IMG/VR virus record: IMGVR_UViG_2974606986_000001
Coordinates: 10,017 to 74,016 of that record
Length of the DNA: 64,000 nt
Direction: 5' to 3' (one strand)
Origin: a virus
In this document: positions 62,080 to 64,000 of the stretch, piece by piece
How positions within the stretch are numbered: the stretch's first letter is position 1
How the letters are laid out: each line of letters starts with the position of its first letter
Notes under the pieces: generated by a model
Told to the model about the DNA's origin: nothing
Database searches by the model: none
The model's input: the letters and a program-made list of their open reading frames with translations, nothing else
Translations under genes and position numbers: made by a program

Positions 62080-63279
62080 ATGAAAAAGTCACTTTTAGCC
62101 GTTGCAGTCTTCGCCGTGTTCGCCACCAGCGCCAGCGCTCACAACCTGCCAACTTCGTATGACCTGGTTCAGGATGGCCGCATCGGCTCACTAGCCGACC
62201 GTGCAGGCAGCGCGCAAAACTCAGCTGATGCTGCTTATGCGCTGGCTAACACCAAATACACTGAAGGTGCTGGCAAGGCGCTGGAACTGGAAGTAAAAAA
62301 CAAAGTCAGCCAGGCGGACTTCAAAGCCGACCAGCAGCGCCAGGACAACATCACGAACAGCATCGGCGGCCAGGTAACCATTCTCAACGGCCAGATGAAA
62401 GGCGTAAATCAAACCATCGCTGACAACACGGCAGCGCAGGCAAAGACTGATGCCGGTCAGGATCGCCGCATCGACAACAACGACGCGAAAATCGGCGTGG
62501 TACAGGGTGAAGTTCAGGAAAACCGCCAGAACATTCAGGCCGGTGCAGTTCGCATGGACGGTATCGAAAAACAGGCTGGCGTTCTGGATCAGCGTGTCGG
62601 CGGAACCGAAGTTCGCCTGGACAAAGCCGAAGGCGGCATCCGCGAAGTCAACACCCAGATGACCAGCGACCGCCAGCAGCGGGTCGACGGTGATGTCGCG
62701 CTGAATACCCGCATCGAACAGGAACAGTCAAACCGTGCGACGCAGGATCGCGTGATTACTGACCGTGTCCGCAAGGAAGAGACGAACCGCGCGACCGCTG
62801 ATGCCGGTCTGTCTGCCCGTATTGACACTAAGGTCGATAATGGCGTCTTCACCCAGCGTTCAGCTGTCGTCGACCAGCGCTTCGTCGATACCCAGCAGCG
62901 CATCGACACGAACAAAGCCGAACAGGCGAAAGTAAACAAGGCCGTTGCCAGCACGCTGGATAACCACGAACAGCGCCTGTCAGCTGTTGAGCAAAACACG
63001 AATAGTAAATTTGCCAACATCGACAAACGCATCGACGAAGTGAAAGACGAAGCGCACGCCGGGGCAGCGTCTGCCATGGCCCAGGCAAACATCCCGCAGG
63101 TGATGGAAGCAGGGGAATTCGGTGTCGGTGCCGGTGCTGGCACGTATGCGGGCGAATCAGCTGTCGCGGTGGGCGCGTCATTCGCACCGCAACAGAACCT
63201 GGTATTCAAAGCCACCGTTTCGACCGATACCCAGCATAACTTCGGTGCGGGTGCCGGTGTGATGGTGTCATTCCGTTAA
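62080..63279 (+). CDS. Trimeric autotransporter adhesin (YadA/Eib-like) with coiled-coil stalk and membrane anchor
   Basis: Signal peptide MKKSLLAVAVFAVFATSASA; R(I/V)D/RxD stalk heptads; anchor AHAGAASAMAQANIP..GVGAGAGTYAGESAVAVG..GAGAGVMVSF. Confidence 0.9.
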   Translation: MKKSLLAVAVFAVFATSASAHNLPTSYDLVQDGRIGSLADRAGSAQNSADAAYALANTKYTEGAGKALELEVKNKVSQADFKADQQRQDNITNSIGGQVTILNGQMKGVNQTIADNTAAQAKTDAGQDRRIDNNDAKIGVVQGEVQENRQNIQAGAVRMDGIEKQAGVLDQRVGGTEVRLDKAEGGIREVNTQMTSDRQQRVDGDVALNTRIEQEQSNRATQDRVITDRVRKEETNRATADAGLSARIDTKVDNGVFTQRSAVVDQRFVDTQQRIDTNKAEQAKVNKAVASTLDNHEQRLSAVEQNTNSKFANIDKRIDEVKDEAHAGAASAMAQANIPQVMEAGEFGVGAGAGTYAGESAVAVGASFAPQQNLVFKATVSTDTQHNFGAGAGVMVSFR

Positions 63280-63357
63280 TCGGTCAGGCGGCAAGGATGC
63301 CGCCGATATTCGAAAGCCTCACCAGTGGGGCTTCCAAATATCACCAATGAGGCTGCC

Positions 63358-63801
63358 ATGAAAAAGTTTATTGCCGTGCTGTTCCCTGTCGCCCTGCTGT
63401 CGGGCTGTGTTATCGAACAACAACCACCAGCTGAAGTCGGTCAGGCTATCGCAGTCGGTGCCGTCCAGAAGGATGACGCCGGATTGTGCCATACCGTCGG
63501 TTATGCCTGGGGCATGGCCCATACTGCGCCATCAATGCAAACGCGCCAGATGTACGCTGACGTGCTGGCAATCACAAAACAGGAAGTCGCAGAACGCCGC
63601 CTCTATGCTGTTCCTGTATGCCAACAGGCTATGGTGTCGGGCAAGGGTGCGGCCACCAGCGAAAATCAGCAGCGTTATGCAGCCGTGCAGCAGCAGACGC
63701 AGCAGGCGGAACGTCAGCAACGTGCGAAAGCGTATGTCGCAGCACGCCCGCAGGGGCCGTCAGGCTCGTTCAGCGCCCCGATCAAGTATTCGGCGAAGTA
63801 A
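63358..63801 (+). CDS. Lipoprotein
   Basis: MKKFIAVLFPVALLSGC lipobox; GAGG RBS. Confidence 0.7.
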   Translation: MKKFIAVLFPVALLSGCVIEQQPPAEVGQAIAVGAVQKDDAGLCHTVGYAWGMAHTAPSMQTRQMYADVLAITKQEVAERRLYAVPVCQQAMVSGKGAATSENQQRYAAVQQQTQQAERQQRAKAYVAARPQGPSGSFSAPIKYSAK

Positions 63802-63885
63802 CGCCACACCCCGATGTTAATCGGGCCTGTATGGCTTCCACAGGCAGGGAAACGGGGCCACCCCTAATCAATCGGAGTGTTAAGC

Positions 63886-64000
63886 ATGGAATACATCAGA
63901 GTTACCATCGCGCGTGAAAGGGTTAAGTCCGGACAGTTGGTTCGACTGAATGGCCTGTCATACACCGCCAGCGCCCAGCGTAATGGCTATCTGTACTTAT
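63886..64000 (+). CDS. Hypothetical protein, truncated by window end
   Basis: ATG 63886 with GGAG RBS, MEYIRVTIARERVKSGQLVRLNG... Confidence 0.5.
   Translation, partial: MEYIRVTIARERVKSGQLVRLNGLSYTASAQRNGYLYL

Noticed and set aside
62589-63215. 208-aa minus-strand ORF
   Set aside because: Antisense to the autotransporter; no independent signals
63287-63304. GGCGGCA-AGGA-TGCCGCC hairpin after the autotransporter as a terminator
   Set aside because: No U-tract; more likely an mRNA stability stem
1-64000. tRNA, rRNA, integrase, repressor, terminase or DNA polymerase genes
   Set aside because: None recognised by eye; the window is only part of the genome, so lifestyle and packaging mode remain unresolved; tRNAscan-SE would be decisive for tRNAs

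Overview
The whole 64 kb window is part of a tailed dsDNA phage genome. It has a contractile (myovirus-type) tail: sheath, tube, short tape measure and baseplate J/I/spike/hub genes. Sigma70-type promoters and enterobacterial-type genes (P1 TciA/TciB-like pair, trimeric autotransporter, Rz/Rz1 spanins) suggest a gammaproteobacterial host, probably Enterobacterales (inference). Plus-strand structural islands (head 1.8-7.6 kb; Ig-protein islet 14.1-15.1 kb; neck/tail/baseplate/endolysin 24.3-45.2 kb) are interleaved with minus-strand blocks of small early/accessory genes (7.6-14.0, 15.1-24.1, 45.2-50.3 kb). These are followed by a minus-strand replication module (50.3-59.7 kb), an AT-rich palindromic origin-like region (~59.8-60.0 kb) and a plus-strand early block (HNH, candidate small RNA, YadA-like autotransporter, lipoprotein). 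A conserved extended promoter (CGGTTGACGAC-N-TAATTACTAT, 17-bp spacer) recurs about 10 times. I saw no terminase, DNA polymerase, integrase, repressor, tRNA or CRISPR array; the genome extends beyond both ends. Best leads: (1) a stand-alone CapW/BrxR-like winged-helix protein lacking the WYL sensor, a possible non-inducible repressor of host defence operons; (2) an early-expressed trimeric autotransporter plus several other envelope-targeted proteins; (3) a promoter-to-terminator ~85-nt RNA; (4) several nuclease-less homing-endonuclease DNA-binding modules, including a tandem AP2 protein sitting behind an RCCGAC palindrome. All family assignments come from motif recognition by eye, not database searches.
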